DNA of 44,833 nucleotides, from assembly GCA_023271215.1 (NCBI GenBank), contig JALPYG010000002.1, forward strand, positions 1 to 44,833. Direction: 5' to 3'. Origin of the DNA: Dehalococcoidia bacterium. Its GTDB lineage: Bacteria; Chloroflexota; Dehalococcoidia; SZUA-161; SpSt-899. This document shows, piece by piece, positions 42,918 to 44,833 of this stretch (position 1 is its first letter; every line of letters begins with the position of its first letter). A program made the translations under genes and the position numbers. The notes under the pieces were generated by a model. The model saw only the letters and a list, made by a program, of their open reading frames with translations, made no database searches and was not told the origin of the DNA.

Positions 42918-43499
42918 AACGCCGCCCATCAGTCGCAGGCTTGGTGCTCTAGCATGTGCTTTGGCTGTTTGGCCGGCAACGATGAAACCGCCGCAGGCAG
43001 TCTGCTTGACCGAGTGTGCCTCGTCCCAATCGGGCCCGCCAAAGGTCTGGCTCCACTCTTTATTTCCCTGAAGGTCGGTCTTAATCAGCCAAAAATCGCG
43101 CCCTCCTGCGCCAAAGGACTCTGTCCATCCGGCGATCATGAAACCGCCGCAGGCAGTCTGCTTGACCGAGTATGCCCGATCCTCCTCGGGTCCACCAAAG
43201 GTCTGGCTCCACTCTTTGTTTCCCTGAGGATCGGCCTTAATCAGCCAGAAATCACCCCCCCCTGCGTCAAAGGACCAAGTTGTTCCGGCAATGACGAAAC
43301 CACCATCGGCAGTCTGCTGGACGGAGTATGCCTTGTCCCAATCAGGTCCGCCAAAGGTGCGGCACCACTCCTTCGGGAGTGGTGGATAGAGACCTTCCGG
43401 TAACTCAACATCTAGTAATACTAATCTTGGGGGACAGCCCATAGCCAGCAGACTCAGGATAAGCAGTACTAGCATTGGCAGTGAAGCTCGCTTTTTCAT
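42705..43499 (-). CDS. Lipoprotein with four copies of the same ~50-aa repeat (paralog 2)
   Basis: MKKRASLPMLVLLILSLLAMGC lipobox. Repeats of KEWSQTFGGP..D.A.SVKQTACGGF..AG.T.SFGAG..DFWLIKTD, with one blade carrying an insertion. Confidence 0.8.
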   Translation of the reverse strand: MKKRASLPMLVLLILSLLAMGCPPRLVLLDVELPEGLYPPLPKEWCRTFGGPDWDKAYSVQQTADGGFVIAGTTWSFDAGGGDFWLIKADPQGNKEWSQTFGGPEEDRAYSVKQTACGGFMIAGWTESFGAGGRDFWLIKTDLQGNKEWSQTFGGPDWDEAHSVKQTACGGFIVAGQTAKAHARAPSLRLMGGVPPTPITCIWVVKTDAHGNIQWTQTFGTLREFDNARSVQQTACGGFIIAGMTRSFGAGKDDFWLIKLAPEQ

Positions 43500-43799
43500 T
43501 TTTCCTCCATTGCGACTTTAGTAGCGTGAGATACAAACCTCATTGTATAGTGCCGTACACCGCTATTCTAACTGAGACTATTGAATTCTGCAAGCCCTAT
43601 TTTTAGCTTCAAACATTGGGGCTTTTGTTGCGCCTCCTTTTTGTTTCTTCACCACGGCCTAAATGGATAATCAACCAATGAGGGGGAGGTTGCTTATGTG
43701 AGCAGCAAGCCTCCCCCTCGGCACTACCAAAGCTGGCGACGTCTGAGGGGCCTCTTCGAGCCCTGCTCATGAGGCCTTCTATCATGCCGATAAACGCCA

Positions 43800-44040
43800 A
43801 TCAATCGGCATCCCGAACAGGAATAACCCACAGGCCAAGGAGCTCAGGGGCATTAAGAGCATTCCAGCAGAGCCACCTGTCGCTCAGGTTGTTATGTACA
43901 AGCCACATCTATCAGGTAGTCCGTCCCGCCGATCCAGAAATACCCCTCGACAGCCACCCAATGCGGCTTCATTTTGCCCCCAATGTCCATCTCGCCCATT
44001 AACGCCAGGGGCCACCTTATGGGCCGATAGCGGTAAATGT
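43800..44040 (-). pseudogene. Frameshifted C-terminal relic of a second C39-like peptidase gene
   Basis: WPLALMGEMDIGGKMKPHWVAVEGY.. and, in another frame, ..RWLCWNALNAPE.. parallel WPLGLLGWMY..AAHWVAVKGW..RWLCWDALNAPG of the 40922-42199 product. Confidence 0.5.
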
Positions 44041-44051
44041 AGCCAGTAGTG

Positions 44052-44421
44052 TATTGGCCGGGTTCTCAGCTACGGTAAGGATTCGGGCCCGCTTGGAACA
44101 TCCGTTTGAATACATCCATTCCTGCGTTGGGCGATGCATCTGGAACTGGCTCGGGGCAACTATCAACTGCCGCTCAGGGAGATGGGGTGAATGTGAGTCT
44201 GGCAACGACCTACTGCTCAGGGGCGAGCTTAATCAGCCAGACATCATCCTTTCCTGCGCCAAAGGAGCGTGTCATTCCGGCAATGATAAACCCACCGCAG
44301 GCAGTCTGCTTGACCGAGCGTGCCACGTCGTTCTCTCGCAGTGTACCAAAAGTCTGCGTCCACTGTATATTTCCGTGAGCATCGGTCTTAACCACCCAGA
44401 TACATGTAATTGGCGTTGGTG
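44052..44421. repeat. About 370-bp segmental duplication, copy 2
   Basis: See 42548-42917. Confidence 0.85.
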
Positions 44422-44833
44422 GGGGTACTCCCGTCGGGACTGCAAGGAGAATATTTAGTGTGGTTATTGTTCCGGCAATGACGAAACCACCGTCCGTGGT
44501 CTGCCGGATGGACCATGCCCAGTCGCCCTCGGAGCCGCCGAAGGCCTGGCTCCATTCTTTATTTCCCTGAGGATCCGTCTTGATCAGCCAGAAATCACTC
44601 CTTCCTGCCCGGTCAACAAAATCTGTTGTTCCGCCGATAACGAAACCACCGCATGCCGTCTGCTGGACTGAGGATGCGGCACTCCCGGCAAAGGTTTGGC
44701 TCCACTCCTTATCTCCGTGAGGGTCGGTCTTAACCACCCAGAAATCACTGTCTCCTGTGCCAAACGACCGTGTGGATCCAGCAATGATGAAGCCACCGCA
44801 GGCAGTCTGCTGCACTGAGAATGCGGCATCCTC
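44210..44833 (-). CDS. Repeat (beta-propeller-like) protein, paralog 3; 5' end lies beyond the window
   Basis: The frame is open to the window edge (..EDAAFSVQQTACGGF..). Four repeat units are visible, and the C-terminal ~75 aa are nearly identical to paralog 2. Confidence 0.8.
   Translation of the reverse strand, partial: EDAAFSVQQTACGGFIIAGSTRSFGTGDSDFWVVKTDPHGDKEWSQTFAGSAASSVQQTACGGFVIGGTTDFVDRAGRSDFWLIKTDPQGNKEWSQAFGGSEGDWAWSIRQTTDGGFVIAGTITTLNILLAVPTGVPPPTPITCIWVVKTDAHGNIQWTQTFGTLRENDVARSVKQTACGGFIIAGMTRSFGAGKDDVWLIKLAPEQ

Noticed and set aside
1-44833. Search by eye for tRNA, rRNA, tmRNA, RNase P and SRP RNA signatures.
   Set aside because: I found no T-loop GGTTCGAATCC-type motifs in a tRNA-like context and no rRNA-like conserved blocks. 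A tRNAscan or Infernal run is still required for a definitive negative.

Overview
This is a bacterial chromosomal window in which almost every gene is on the minus strand; the gene content looks Chloroflexota-like or similar to another deep-branching anaerobe, but the taxon cannot be proven from sequence alone. It has four blocks. (1) 1-8.3 kb holds a 5'-truncated Fe-alcohol dehydrogenase, a two-receiver response regulator, a Wood-Ljungdahl-type metF-metV operon led by an unusual fused flavoprotein/FeS/MvhD protein, and a NarL/HisKA_3 two-component pair. (2) 8.3-20.5 kb is a decaying accessory island. It carries two Uma2 nucleases, DUF6883/DUF4926, hicB plus a stop-interrupted hicA, AbrB/RHH/PIN, a frameshifted M6 protease with dockerin, two coiled-coil PD-(D/E)xK (DUF3782-like) genes, two retropepsin-like proteases, gene fragments and a truncated IS110 element. 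(3) 20.5-37.2 kb is housekeeping: moaB, hisS, pheS, rplT, rpmI, infC, thrS, an M55 peptidase, a beta-CASP MBL nuclease, sbcD, pfkA, rluB-like, a methyltransferase, rlmN, glyQS and aspS. (4) 37.2-44.8 kb is a second accessory block with a thioredoxin-fold remnant, a SIMPL protein, an IS110 remnant, and a duplicated cluster of beta-propeller-like repeat lipoproteins with a C39-like cysteine peptidase. The most unusual signals read directly from the sequence are: a family of heptamer-tandem/G-rich-core repeat elements at eight loci, one inserted in frame inside rlmN; a portable 5' gene cassette present three times; a conserved promoter-like element ahead of both retropepsin genes; candidate IS110 non-coding RNA regions; and the repeat-lipoprotein/peptidase cluster. 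No rRNA, tRNA or CRISPR array was recognised by eye.
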